A stretch of DNA of 64,000 nucleotides, taken from assembly GCA_033442325.1 (NCBI GenBank), contig JAWQFM010000007.1, positions 1,940,521-2,004,520 on the forward strand, written 5' to 3'. The position numbers and the translations under genes are program-made. Positions within the stretch are counted from its first letter, which is position 1. The number at the start of each line of letters is the position of its first letter. Origin of the DNA: Salpingoeca rosetta (taxonomy: Eukaryota; Protista; Choanoflagellata). Below the pieces are notes generated by a model. That model made no database searches and was not told the DNA's origin. It worked only from the letters and a program-made list of their open reading frames with translations. This document shows, in pieces, positions 1 through 12,908 of this stretch.

Positions 1-1321
1 TGTGTGTGTGTGTGTGTGTGTGCATTGCACGCAAAACGTGGGAGTTATGACCGCGCGTGTGTCTGATGAGACAACAATCCATGCCCATCCTCACCTCTGG
101 CCAGTTGCACTTGACTTCGCCAAAGAACGCATATCCGTAGCCGGGCTGCTTGCGCGCGAGCTCGATAAACGCTTTCCTGTCATCATATGCACAAAAACAC
201 ACACACGTGTGTGGTGGTAAGTTTAACAGTGACGGACGTATACATGTGGCCGTGGTGGTGAGTGGAAGCAAACATAAAATGTGGAATCGGCACATCGAAG
301 AGGCGAACGAGAAAATGGGTGAACAAACAAAGAGATCGTTGACAAACAATCCAATGAGCAAACGAAACAAGACGAGCGAGCAAGGGTGGTTGTCCACAGC
401 AGCAGCCACCAGCACCGGTCGCGTTGGGCCCTCAGGTCCTGGAGCTTCTCTGCGTCCTCATCTGTTGGATTGATGTGGCCGTTCTTCATCTCCGCAATCG
501 TCTGCAATCCACGCAGGCGTGGGGCACATGCATGTGAGAGGATGGTGGCCACATGTGTGTGTGTGTGTGTGTGTGGGGGGGGGGGAGGTGTGCGTATGTG
601 TGTGTGGGTGTTCTGAGTGTGTGTGGGTGTTATGTCGGATGTTGTTGTATTCTGATAGCACCTCCTTGTTTGGCCGTGAAAAACTTTCCACATCTGTGCC
701 CCCGCGCTGGGATTTCAAGAAGGTTTAGTTATTTCTTATTGGATTGTCGCTTAATGTAGGGTTCATCATTAGTTCACGGGCTGTAGTCACACTCCCTTTA
801 CTGATCAGAGCAGTGCATAAAACGTCGGACTAGATGAGTGTGCCTAAATTAAGTTCTACTCAGGGAAAGACATGGTACCTATCTGATAGCAGCTCGTCGT
901 GGTACAGTGGACTTTACTCTTTGATCAAACTATAGTGTGTCCTATATCTCATGCGCAAGGCCTATACCCGGTTATGCTAGGCGACGATCGCTGACACACT
1001 CGCCTGCTTGGTATGCAGGTAGCGGAGTTGTGAGTTATGGAGAGCGAATCTTGGTGTATNNNNNNNNNNNNNNNNNNNNNNNNNNNNNNNNNNNNNNNNN
1101 NNNNNNNNNNNNNNNNNNNNNNNNNNNNNNNNNNNNNNNNNNNNNNNNNNNNNNNNNNNTGATGCGGCTCTGCGCGCTCAGAGCAGAGGATGTAAGAGGA
1201 ACTCAACAATCTTGCGACTTTGCGGATGATCACTTACCTGTCGATGTCGTCGACGAGGAACAGTCCTAAAGTAGTACGTAAGGTACGTGTCAAGGTACAG
1301 CACAGAGCACAGCATGCACGC

Positions 1322-1382
<61 letters not shown>

Positions 1383-2625
1383 CGCGCGCGTTGAGGGGAG
1401 GGGGGAGGCTAATGCTTGAGTGTTGGGGCATCCAGGAAGCAAGGTAATGGCAGCGGGAAATCAAGGGCGCAGTCATGCACGGCAGTCATGCACGGCGTTC
1501 CAGCGCAGTGCGAACAGCATTTGAACGCGTGCACACGCGAGGCACGTACAGTCTCGAGCACGTCGTCTGTCTGGTCAATGTTCATGATGTCAACGGAAAC
1601 CTTCTTGCCGTTGACAAGGTACACTTCCAGCTGCACCCACGACTCCTCGGCCTTCTGCACCTCTTTCTGGGCGTTCAACAGGAACGTCTGAAAGGTGTTG
1701 CCCTTCACAATGCGGGGCTGTTGTGCAATCTTCTGCAGCCACTTCTGCAGCATGAAGCGTCGATCTACAAAACCAAACACGGACACATGTGCGTTGCGTG
1801 TGGAAGTGAGGCGGGGAGCATAAGGGATGCAGTGAGAAGGCAAGCGAGTGGGTGAGTGGGTGAGCGAAGGAGATCGGAGAGGGGGATTGCTCCAAAACAT
1901 GCAACAGAGCTGACAGCCATCTCCAATGCAGATACTGCAGGTTTCACGCCCACGATGTGCAAGGTGTGCACGATGTGCACGGCACCGATGCTCACACCCA
2001 AGCAGATGCACGCATGCAGTGTGCATGCAGTGGTATGATGCGGTCACACACACCATGGCATTCGTCTGGTTTGAGGTAGAAGAAGTTCTTGGGCGGAAAT
2101 TTGTCCAAGCAGCCGGCTCCAAACTCGCGCTTCAACTTCTCGTGGAGCTGGGCCAGCTGGCTGTATCGCGCAGAGCAGTGGTAGGTGCCGTTGATGTGGA
2201 TCTTGTACGACACGTAGCGTTCAGTGACGTTGCGCTTCGGCTGCAAGCACAAGACAAGAAGACACATGGGACGTGGCATCGGAAATCGTGCAGGCGGACA
2301 GTGAGCGATGTGAGGGTTCAAGATTGGGTAAGGTGTATTTCGAGGTGAGCAGGGATCGGACCAGCCACTGCTGCTTGTACAAGCAGGAGGCACACACACC
2401 ACAACACAAACAAGCCAGTGAAACACACACACACATATATAGACGAGCTCCAAAACATTCCACAACACAAACAAGCCAGTGAAACACACACACACACACA
2501 TACACACACATGCATCCCCATGCACCACACACAAACACACATGCGGGTGTTGCACAACACCAACGATTACAGATACGCACCTTGACCTCAGTCAACTCCT
2601 CCACGCCCCCGACGGAAATGTGCAT
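1..2625 (-). CDS. SNX17: Sorting nexin SNX17/SNX31-like (PX + FERM-like); multi-exon, 3' end beyond window start
   Basis: Phase-consistent GT-AG exons: 2625-2581 (MHISVGGVEELTEVK), 2240-2054 (YVSYKIHINGTYHCSARYSQLAQLHEKLKREFG...FPPKNFFYL, PX), 1764-1550 (RRFMLQKWLQKIAQQP...VYLVNGKKVSVDIMNIDQTDDVLET), a corrupted exon at ~1310-1160, 501-416 (TIAEMKNGHINPTDEDAEKL), 176-95 (KAFIELARKQPGYGYAFFGEVKCNWPE). The order matches SNX17-family motifs. Confidence 0.85.
1060..1159. other. Assembly gap (100 N)
   Basis: Run of N; flanking sequence looks error-rich. Confidence 0.99.
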
Positions 2626-2895
2626 GGTGGCAGTGCGGTCTTGAGAGCAGCACAAGAAGCAAACAAACACTGGTTGACTGGCTCTGCAGCAGCGCAGAAA
2701 GCGTCTCTCGCACACACGAAACAAACAAAGGCAAGATGCACAAGCCCAACAACAAAACAAGGGAAGGTGTACGGCGGCGGCGATGGCGGCGGCAAAGATG
2801 AAGAAAACAGCACAAAATGCAGCGAGCCAAAGAAGGAGCGAAAGGACAACCAACAACAAAAGGCAAAACACCAAGGCAAGCAGCAAGCAAGCAAA

Positions 2896-3250
2896 ATGGA
2901 TGTGGTGGGAGTGTCTGCTGCGTTTGTGCGGCGGTTCCTGAGCGAGGTGAAGGCGGAGCACCCGAGCGACTACGCATCGCTCACCACAAAGGACGTGTGT
3001 GACAAGGTTGTGATTCCACGCACAAGGGACGCACAGTGCGCGTACTCGGATGTCATCAAACGGGAGCATCCACAAGATGTGGGCCGGGCAAACATCTTCG
3101 TCTCCCATGCATGGAGATACAAGATCACTGACGTGCTGGGAACGATGCTTGAGTATGCAGATGCGCAGCAAGAGCATCGTCAGCCTTTCTTCTGGTTCGA
3201 TCTCTTCATCAACAACCAGAACATTGCCGCAGATCTCCCACAAGACTGGT

Positions 3251-3291
<41 letters not shown>

Positions 3292-5620
3292 GGTGTGTGT
3301 TTGTGTGTTGTCTTGTTGTGGTGTGCGTGTTGTATGTGTGTGTGTTTGTGTGTTGTGGTGTGTGTGTTTGTGTGTTGTGGTGTGTGTGTATGTGTGTTTG
3401 TGTGTTGTGCGTGTGTTGTGTGTGCGTGTGTGTTGTGTATGTGGGCGTTTATGGATTTGTGGATGGAGGTGCGTGTGTGTTTCCTTCACTCGCACCACCC
3501 AGCATCCCCCTCAACCCCAACACACCCACGCACTGACTCTGACGCCTGCCAAAGGTGGAGCACAACATTCAAGGAATCAATTGCATCCATCGGCCATGTG
3601 CTGCTGGTGCTGACGCCGTGGAGTGACCCCGTCCCACTGACGCGTGCGTGGTGCCTGTGGGAAATCTTCTGCAGCCTCAGCGGCGAGGGCGTGAAACTGA
3701 CCATCCAGCTCCCTGAGGCAGAGCGCGCCTCACTTCGCACGGCCGTGATGGACGATTTCGACGCCGTCGTCGACACGCTCGTCCGCGTGCAGGCGGAGAA
3801 GGCGGAGGCCTGGAACCCAAAGGACAAGGAGATGATCTTCAAGACCATCCAGGCAAGCGTTGGATTTGCACACCTCAACGAGAAGGTGAAGGACCAAATG
3901 CGATCGTGGTGCCTGCAGCATCTCGCCTCCCTGATTGACGAGGACGAGGCGGCCGGAAAGAGCGGCACGCGCGACTTTGTGCTGCTCTGCTACCAGGCTG
4001 GCACCGTCTTCTGGAACTTCAACGCCACAGACCTCGCCATCGCCACGTTGACAAAGGTTCTGAAAAACAGCGACGCACTATCGGCCAGCGAGCGAGAGCG
4101 TAACACCATGGTTGCCAACACCTACAACCAGCTCGGCTTGACGTACTCTGCGAAAAGGGACCTCTCCGCAGCAAAGAAGGCGTTTGAGCAGTCACTGGCC
4201 ATCAAGACAGCCGTCTTGGGCAAGCGACACCCATCCACGGCCAACACAATCGGCAACCTGGGCCAATTGGCACACCACCAAGGGCTATTTCCACAGGCGA
4301 TTGCATATCACTTACAGGCCATCGAAATCAAGGAGGAAACGCTGCCACCCAACGATCGCGAGCTTGTCCCCACCTACCAGAACTTGGGCATCGCGTACCG
4401 CAACACGCGCGAGTACGACAAGGCCATTGCTGCACTGGAGAAGGCCCTGGCCATCCAAAACATCGATCAAAGTCAGCATCCAACAACGGCGCAGGTGCTC
4501 GGCAATCTGGGCAACGTGTATGCTGACATGGAGCGCTACCAAGATGCCATTGCCTGCCAGTTGAAGGCCCTTGAGATCCTCACCACGACATTGGGACAGC
4601 ACCCTGTCACGGCCAACATGCACGGCAATGTGGCAAACGCGTACCTGGAAACCGGCAACATGGCAAAGGCCATTGAGCACGTTACCACTTCACAGAAAAT
4701 GCTTGAGGCGGTGCTGGGCCCAACACACCCAACAACGGTATGTGTGTTCCTGTAGTGTATGTCTGTGTGTGCATCTACGTGTCTACGTGTGTCTGTGTCT
4801 GGGTGAGTCTGTGTGTGTGTGTGTATGCTTGTTTGTGTGACTAGGCTTAGAGGCTTGTTATTTATTCCATTTGCCACGATAGTCTCATGACAAAGTGACA
4901 ATCACCCTCCCACCTCCGCCACACATCCTCGCATCCCCCCTCCCCGCCCGCTCGATTGATTTCGCTCACTTTGCTCGTCATGCTTGCTCCAACCACACGG
5001 CGTGCTGACGCTTACCTGCCCGCTCTATATACACGTTGCACCATCTCCAGGCACAAGCCGTCTTCAACACGGGCATCTTGTACATGCGAAACGGGCACTT
5101 CCAACCCGCAGCAGAGCACATGGAACGAGCACTGACTGTCATGCTTGCCACGATGGGCCCACAGCACCCCATGACCAAGACAACACAGGCAAACTTGACA
5201 TATGTGCAACGCTTAATGCACAAGCAGCAGCAGCATAGGGAGAGCGGTAACAGTGACAAGCACGCTGGCAGCGCAGCAAGTGCTGGGCGCGTCGGCACGT
5301 CACTACCATCGGCAGTGCTGACATGCGAGCAGGGGCTTCTGTTGCGATTCTTGGCCAGAGTTGCCCCGACAACCATTGTCGCCACCGTCGCCACAACACA
5401 TCCGCCACCACCTCGTGGTGACAGTGATGAACACCAACTGCTGCTGCGCTTCATCCTCACGCACGCAGCAGCATGGCAGGCAACAACCGATGCTGATGAC
5501 GATGGTGATGGTGCTAACATGACGACGACACAGGAGCGGAGCAAGACCACGACCATCCAGCCAGGAGTTGCAGTGGAAGGGCAGGTAAGGAAAACGCCCT
5601 CGTGCTGTACATTGATCTGA
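2896..5620 (+). CDS. N-terminal HET/TIR-like domain + C-terminal TPR array (kinesin-light-chain-type TPR_12/TPR_10 repeats)
   Basis: Exons 2896-3248, 3555-4737 and 5051-~5620 (a further donor at 5585 is possible). N-terminal motifs: IFVSHAWRY, FFWFDLFINNQN, VLLVLTPW..PVPLTRAWCLWEIF. About 7 ~42-aa TPRs follow (ANTYNQLGLTY, HPSTANTIGNLG, HPTTAQVLGNLGNVY, HPVTANMHGNVANAY). Confidence 0.85.
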
Positions 5621-5637
5621 AGCAAGAGCAGCCGAAC

Positions 5638-5639
5638 CG

Positions 5640-5710
<71 letters not shown>
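5638..5710. repeat. (GTT)n microsatellite
   Basis: Perfect trinucleotide run. Confidence 0.95.
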
Positions 5711-5713
<3 letters not shown>

Positions 5714-6120
5714 TAATGTTGGTGTACTCGCAGGAAAGAATACCTCCCACTGACCTCGGCAGTGGGTGTGCAGACATTGAATGAAAGACCGCAAGACGCA
5801 CAGCAACGCAACAAACAGGGCGTAGGAGCGGAGGGAGGAGCAATCAATCGCATACATACACTCGTGGCAACAAGAGACACGTGTGGGGCGCGGGGAGTTG
5901 TCAAAGTAATCAAACCGGGGCAATGAATGAAACACAACGTCCACAAGAATACGAAGAGCGATCACAAAACGACGAGCAAGCAAGCAAGCACAACCAAACG
6001 ACACACAAATACACGTTCATGTAACGAATGCAAAGCAGAAATAAAACGAATGGCGCAAGTGGATGGGGGAAGAGGGGAGGGGAGAAAAAACCAGACAATA
6101 CCGACTCAGCGACAATACAG

Positions 6121-6214
6121 TCACGCTGTTGTCGACTTATTCTCTTGTCGCACAGAACGGCGGCGTGGTGCCTGCACATGTGTATGTGTGTGTGTGTTTG
6201 TGTGTGTATGAATG

Positions 6215-6252
<38 letters not shown>

Positions 6253-7608
6253 CGTGCGCGCGCGCGCGGGTGTTGAAAGGGGCCGCATGTGTGTGAGTTA
6301 CAGATACATATGTGTGTGTGTGTGTGTGACAGATACAAGTGTATGTGTGCCACACTCTGTTGCATATTGCAGCAGCCCCGTGCCAGTTGCTGCGTGCCTT
6401 AGACAGGCAGCAGGCAACCCACCCTCGAAGCGACGACGCTGATGATATCGCCAACGGCCACAAAGCGGCCGTGTCGCTCGGGACACCGAAAATAGCGCTT
6501 GCCCTGAGGGAAAATGCGTACGTGCATGTGAGCGTGCATGTGAGCGTGCATGTGAGCGTGTGCGTGTGCGTGCGTGCGTGAGCGTGTGTGTGTGATGGCA
6601 CATTGTTGCTGTGATGCAGGACCTTGAAGAGCCCGTCTGTGTCGCCAATGGGGTCGTCCATCTTCAGGCCCGCGTAGATGTTGTAGTCAATCACTTCGCT
6701 GTCCAGCCGGCCAACATACTTCACCTGCAGTTGGAATTGGTATTGGTGTTGGCAGGTGACGTAAGTTCGAGCGCGGGCGTGTGCTTGTTGGAAGCAGCAA
6801 GTGACCGAAGGATATTGCGAATTGGGTGTTGCGTATTGGGTGCACCGCCATCACAGGGACAGGGACATGCAGGCAGGCAACCGCAGAGAAGCCACGCACC
6901 ACGCCAGTGTATTGTTTGACGACACCATCAACAAGAGGACCGCGAACAAGGACGCGATCCCCCACCCGCACGTGGCTCGCAGCCGCGTCAACCTGTTTCA
7001 AAGGCGGGTTTTTTTTTGGGGGGGGGAGCGCGCGAGATGAGAAGGAGATGGATGAAGGTGTTGTGGTTGTAGTTGGTTGTCATTGCCGTTTGCGAACACG
7101 CACAAACAGAGGGAAACGCACGCACACACACACATGCATGCATGCATACATACACACAATGCGAGACCATATCCGACCTCCTCAAGTTTGAGTTCCTGGT
7201 CGATGTTCAGCGGTTGCGACGCCATTGATCCGCGCGAAATAGGAGGAAACATCTGCACACACACATACACACATACACACACGCGCACACACACACACAC
7301 ACACGATGCATCATTGTGCGTGACGGAAAGAGATGAGAAGTCACAAACCAGAGGCTTTGTTGTGTCTGTGCAGTAAGGGGCGTGCTGTCGCTTGCAGGCA
7401 AGCAAACCAAGGCACCCACCGGCTTCTGGGCCGTGCGCGACGTGCGGCGAGCGCCTGGCAGTGACCATGACGTTGGAAGAGGAGACCAGACATGGCGTGA
7501 GGCTTCATCAAGGACCACCTGGCGAGAAGGCAGTCACGAACGCGACGGCCAAGGAACAACACACACACACACAGACACACACAGACACACACAGACACAC
7601 ACACACAG

Positions 7609-7641
<33 letters not shown>

Positions 7642-8623
7642 AGCAAACAAGCGCACACTGACAGCGCACCTCTGCTTGGGGTCTTCCCCTGGTGGTGCGG
7701 TGTGCGCAGGGTGCCGTTGGTGTCGGGCGGGTGGTGGGCACCGCCAGCACTGCCGCGACGCGTTCGACCGCCCGTGGGCGATGAGCTGAGGGTGCGGCGG
7801 CGTGATGGTGATGCCTCCAGTGCGAGGGACGGGTCTGGCTCGGCCATTTGCGCCTGCAAGTTTGTCGTTCGCTCCAAGAGCGTCTCCAGGATCTGCGCTC
7901 GCTTCTCGTCCTGTTGTTCCAACGCAGCAGCTGTTCACGGCAGAAGCGGGTAGTGGTGGTGGTGTCAATTGGTGTTGTGATGGCGGTGGTGATGATGGTG
8001 GTGAGTGATGGGTGCAACCGCCTTGCGCTTCACCCTTACACGAGTCTTGCGCAGTGGTACAGCCAAGCAGCGTTCACGCGACAATGATCACAACAACGAC
8101 GACAATGACGAGATGATGATACTGGCAGAAGCAAAGCTGCACTGCACCAACCTCTCTCTTGCAGAGCGCGGATTTGTTCGTTCTTCTGTTGGATGACCTT
8201 TGTCTTGCTGTCCAGGAACACCTTTGTCGTTCGATACAGCTAATACCAGCACCAAAACACAAATTGCACACGCAAGCCAGTGAGAGCACAGAAACGAACA
8301 CAGATTATCTTCGCGGTGTGCGGTGGTGCAAGATGAATTGGTATGTACATTGTACATAATTGCGCGTGTGCGTGTGTATCTGTGCGTGCGTGTGTATCTG
8401 TGCGTGCGTGTGTGCGTGCGTGCGTGCGTGTGTGTGTGCGTGTGCATGTGTGTGTGAGTGTGTGACGCACCTCTCGCTGCTCGTGGAGCTGTTCTCGCAA
8501 GCGGTCCATCTGTGTTGATTCCTCGTCCGCCTTCACCGTTCGCTCCTTGAGCGATTTGATCTGTGCGCGCGCCTGCTGCAGCGTCTTTGCTCGCTCATCT
8601 CCGAGCGCCTTCGCCTCCTGTCA

Positions 8624-8693
<70 letters not shown>

Positions 8694-9501
8694 GCACGCA
8701 GACGTTGGACGCAAGCGAACGTGGTCAGCGCTTCAGCCAGTACCTCGCACGTGGAAGCAAGCAAACAGCAACACGTGCCATTGCGGCAGTGTAAAAAATC
8801 GGTTACCTTGAGCTTTGCATTGAGGTCATCCACCGTTGCCTGGAGCGCCTTGATTTGCTCCGAGTCACGCGATAACGCCTTCGTTCGCTGCTTCAGCGTC
8901 TTCAACTCCGCTTCCTGCTTCTCACACTGCTGTCGGCTTGCCTGCAAGCAAGCCGCATGGCAAAGGAAGGGGGAGGGGATTGAGTTCGGAGCATGGACAC
9001 GACTGAATATTGTTGTGTGTCTGTACACGCACGCACACACGCACATGCATACGCTTGTCACACATGCATGTGTTTGAGTATACACGCGCAAAACGAAGCC
9101 TCATACCACCTCGACACCCCGACCTCCTGTCCTATTCCCGTGCCCTCCAGCACATGCGCACCTCGAAAGCGGCCTTTGTCTCGTTGAGTTCTGCCGTCAC
9201 TGCCGCAGCCGTCGCCTCTGCCTGTGTCAAGCGCTTTGAGAGCGAGGTCACGTCCGCCTCGGCCTTCTTCTTCGTCTGCGCCAGCTGCTGCTCCAGCTCG
9301 TGTTTCGCTCGCAGCGCATCTGACAGCTCTTTCTGGTCCTGACCAAATTGTGGTGGCAGGGCGTGGCATTGCGGGGTTGTCCATGTGGGGGGGGGGGGTG
9401 TGTGTGCACGTGAGCGATCAGTCACGCGTGCAAGCAAGCACACACACACACACACGATTGCAAAACGAACCAACGCACAAGCGCAAAACGAACCCACATC
9501 C

Positions 9502-9544
<43 letters not shown>

Positions 9545-11362
9545 ACACCGCCTACGCGACGTACCCCGCCTTGTGCGGTTGCGAGTGTCTCGCGCTCTTC
9601 CTTAAGTGCAGCAAGCTCCTCCTCTTGTGCTTTCACTTTTTCCTCCAACGCTGCAACCTGTTACCACAACCAGGGGCAGTGCGGGCGCGTGCGTGAGATA
9701 AGGAAAGCGTGTGCGGGTGGAGTGCAGATGCGTCGAACACCAAACCACCACCGTGGACACTGCGGGCAATTCATCAACAAACCCATCCCTTAACCACACA
9801 ACGCCACACACATACGCACACACACGCACGCACACACGCCTTGTCCTGTGCTTGTTTTGCTGCCGCAGCGTCACCGCCTTGCTTCTTCAGCCGCTCCACC
9901 TCCGCCAGCAGCTCCTGCAGCCGCTGTGCATCTGCCGCGCTGCTGCCCTCCACTGCCGACGGTGAAGTGGTGCAGAGGGGGGGGAGGGAAGGGGGGGGGG
10001 GCTGGTAGATGGGGGAAAGTGTTGAAGTGGCCGTGTCAGTTGGCGGAGGTGGTTATGATGCGGAGAGGAAACAGAGCAAATGGGAGCAGAGGGGGGGGGG
10101 GGGGTGGTTTGACCAGAGGCGATTGCCACATCATCGCCACCACCACCACCACCACCGCCACGACGCCAGCAACAACAGCACGCAAGGACGTACCGACTGG
10201 CGGGACAACACCGCCCTCAGCCGCCTGTGCTGCCAGAATCACATCCATGGGCACCTCAGACTGCACGCTCCCCGTCATCTTGTTCAGCCAGAACGTGCCA
10301 TAGTGCCGCGAGACAAGGCGCACCCAATGGCCTGATGCGCAATTAAAAATAGGAGGGGGGAGAAGGAAGAGAGGGGACGGGGTAAGATGCGCTTGAGGTG
10401 GCGTGCAATTGATCACAGATGCAGGCGCGCACGCAATGCCTTTCAAAAAGAGACCCAAGCAAATCAATCAAGTGTTGGCAACATGCACAACGCGGTGTGT
10501 GCGCACCTGGGATGGGCTGTCGCCCTGCATAGAGCTGGGTGACGTAATTGCGCATGAGTGGAGCAAGCGTCATGTAGTTCATGGTGCCTTGCTCATCAAC
10601 AGGCGGGTGGACCTGCACTATTGCCTCCACTTCCTCGGCAGTCAGGAACAGCCCAAGCTGATCCGTTTGCAGCTGTCAATGCAAGGGAGAATGGTGGTGG
10701 TGGTGGTGGTGGCAGTGAGTGAGATTGGAGGTGATAATTGGTGGCGATGGTGGTCATGGTGCTGATGGTAACAGTTGGTGGTGATATTTGTGGTGGGTGT
10801 GGGTGGATGGTCATAGTATCGACTGGCTGGCTGGTGCTCGGCGCTTTGTCAATCACATAAACTGTGAGCGTTCATACACGTTCTTCAGAAACCGTAACGG
10901 TGGTCCAACGACACCCCATTCTCCCGTTGCCCATTCCGCAACACCACACGTACGTCGATGCAGAATGTGTTAAAGTCCACCAGCCCCGTGTTGGCTGGAT
11001 CGCGCGACTGTTAAGAAAGCAAGTGTCATATGGACATGGATTGTGATGACGAGCGAAGGAGCAATATAGGGTGCATGGGAAATCAACGCATGCATGACTG
11101 AGCCCACAGTAGGGTGCGAAATGGCAAAACATACGCGAGCGTGCACCGAGCGCGCGCGCACACACGCAGACACAAACATAGGTGCACGGTCGTGCGTGCG
11201 TGCACGCATGCACACATACAACCATACACGTGTGCGTGCTCAACAGCAGCAACGGCAGCCGCAACAAACCATGAAATGTGAAGCAAACGCGTCTGCCACA
11301 ATCTCGTCCTCGCTGCCCGTGTGCGATTCCGGCAGATCGTACTGCGCCTCCCCCGTCGCCTG

Positions 11363-11410
<48 letters not shown>

Positions 11411-12691
11411 CGGTCAGAAGCACGTCATAGAAATTGCTTTTCACACACGCAAGCGTGCGCGCACCACCCACCATCACCCATCACCACTTCAAACCTCCAC
11501 GCGCGCACCTTGTTGAGGTACAAGATGCCTTCTGTGCGCGAGTAAATTTCCAGCCAGTCCCCCTGTGTTGTGCTGCTTGCAGAGAGCTTCTGCACAAGCG
11601 CCTGCACAACGGTTTTCGGAAGAGAGATTAAGGGGGAGGGGAGATACTCACGTGTGAATGGGTGCTGCAAACACGTGTTGCAGTGTGTGTGTGGGTGGGG
11701 GGGGGAGTCGCAAGTAACACAAATGCGTGCATGCGCGTATGTATGTGTGAGTGTGCGTGTGTGTATGTGTATGTATGTGTATGTTGTGTATGTATGTATG
11801 TGTGTGTGTGTGCTGTACCTCGCGTGCACGTGGGCCAAATTCGGCATACTCGATGGTGCCGCTGCCGTTCGTGTCCACTAGATCAAACAACGCCTGTGGA
11901 CGAAAAAGGATTGCAGGCAATCATCAGGAGTCACCATGAGTGGAAATCGCAGCAATTGAAAGGGCGATGCCACGGAGTGTGCCAACGACTCACGGACATC
12001 CATGCGACTGCGCGCGCACACAAGCACACTCCCTCACGTAAACGCACACGCACACTCCCTCACGTAAACGCATACACGTTCACACACACACACGTTCACA
12101 CACACACACAATCACACACACACACACACTCTCTCTCTCTCTTTTGCTCTGACCTTGAGGTCCTCTTGGGTGAGAGAAACACCAAGTTGCTCTGGTGTGA
12201 AGACCTGTGCAAACTCCTCAAACGACAATACACCGTCACCGTCCTGATCTGCCTGCTGAAAGTACTCCTGCAAGAGCATGCATACGCCGTCGTTCATTAC
12301 CAGTCAGTCTTGAGCAACGGAGCAAGCACCTTGACCTGGTTGGTACCAAGACCAAGGTGGATTGTGCGCGCGTACAAACACACACACACACATAAGCACA
12401 CGCAAGAACACGCGAATTGCGATTCGCACCACACCTTTACACGTTGTACCACATGAACGAACCAGGAGCGTTGTTTCGAGTGGGCCCTGTTTCCTGGCCT
12501 GATCTTGCTCCGCAGTGATGACGTGCACCTCATTGCCTGCCGTCTACCGAACATGGTCAAGCAATTGGAAAATGGGGGAACCATGCACGCGGCAGTGAGG
12601 GGCATGACATGATGCTGCCACTGGTGGCAAGCCCACAACAGAGACTAGCGTCCCGACGAGAAACCCATACACACTCATACATACATTCACG

Positions 12692-12725
<34 letters not shown>

Positions 12726-12908
12726 CACACACACACAAGACTGCCTCCCCCCCCCCACACACACACACAACCATAAATCAACCACAACCACAACGACAGA
12801 CACACTTGCACTCACCACATGCACTGGTCCCGTTTGTGAGGCGTCTGAGTCCTGTTGTTGTTCAACTGTGTGCAACTGTGGCTGCGCAGGTTCCGGTGCA
12901 TCGCTCAT
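6121..12908 (-). CDS. Multi-exon protein: two EF-hand-pair + WW-like modules, long coiled coil, C-terminal CAP-Gly domain
   Basis: EF loops DQDGDGVLSFEEF (~12250), DTNGSGTIEYAEF (~11860), DPANTGLVDFNTF (~10985) and DEQGTMNY (~10585). WW-like segments WLEIYSRTEGILYLNK-ATGEAQYDLP and WVRLVSRHYGTFWLNKMTGSVQSEVP. Heptad-rich exons at 9960-7850. CAP-Gly: VRVGDRVLV...TGVVR-YVGRLD...YAGLKMDDPIGDTDGLFK-GKRYFRCPERHGRFV. Last exon 6171-6121 ends in TGA. Confidence 0.75.

Noticed and set aside
700-1059. Compositionally atypical, repeat-free, more AT-rich segment that could be a foreign insertion
   Set aside because: It abuts the gap, has no ORF, terminal repeats or recognisable homology, and is probably poor base calls.
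1160-1310. Frameshifts and a stop in an SNX17 exon (LDTYLTYYF/GLFLVDDID*/IIRK...SYI...RAEPH), suggesting a pseudogene or recoding
   Set aside because: It lies directly beside an N gap and all other exons are intact; low-quality read-end errors are the simplest explanation.
3249-3554. Cys/Val-rich 102-aa 'domain' inside the 758-aa ORF (similar read-throughs at ~36089-36402 and 52784-53068)
   Set aside because: Bounded by GT-AG, and removal restores contiguous conserved motifs. In-frame, stop-free introns are expected by chance given this repeat composition.
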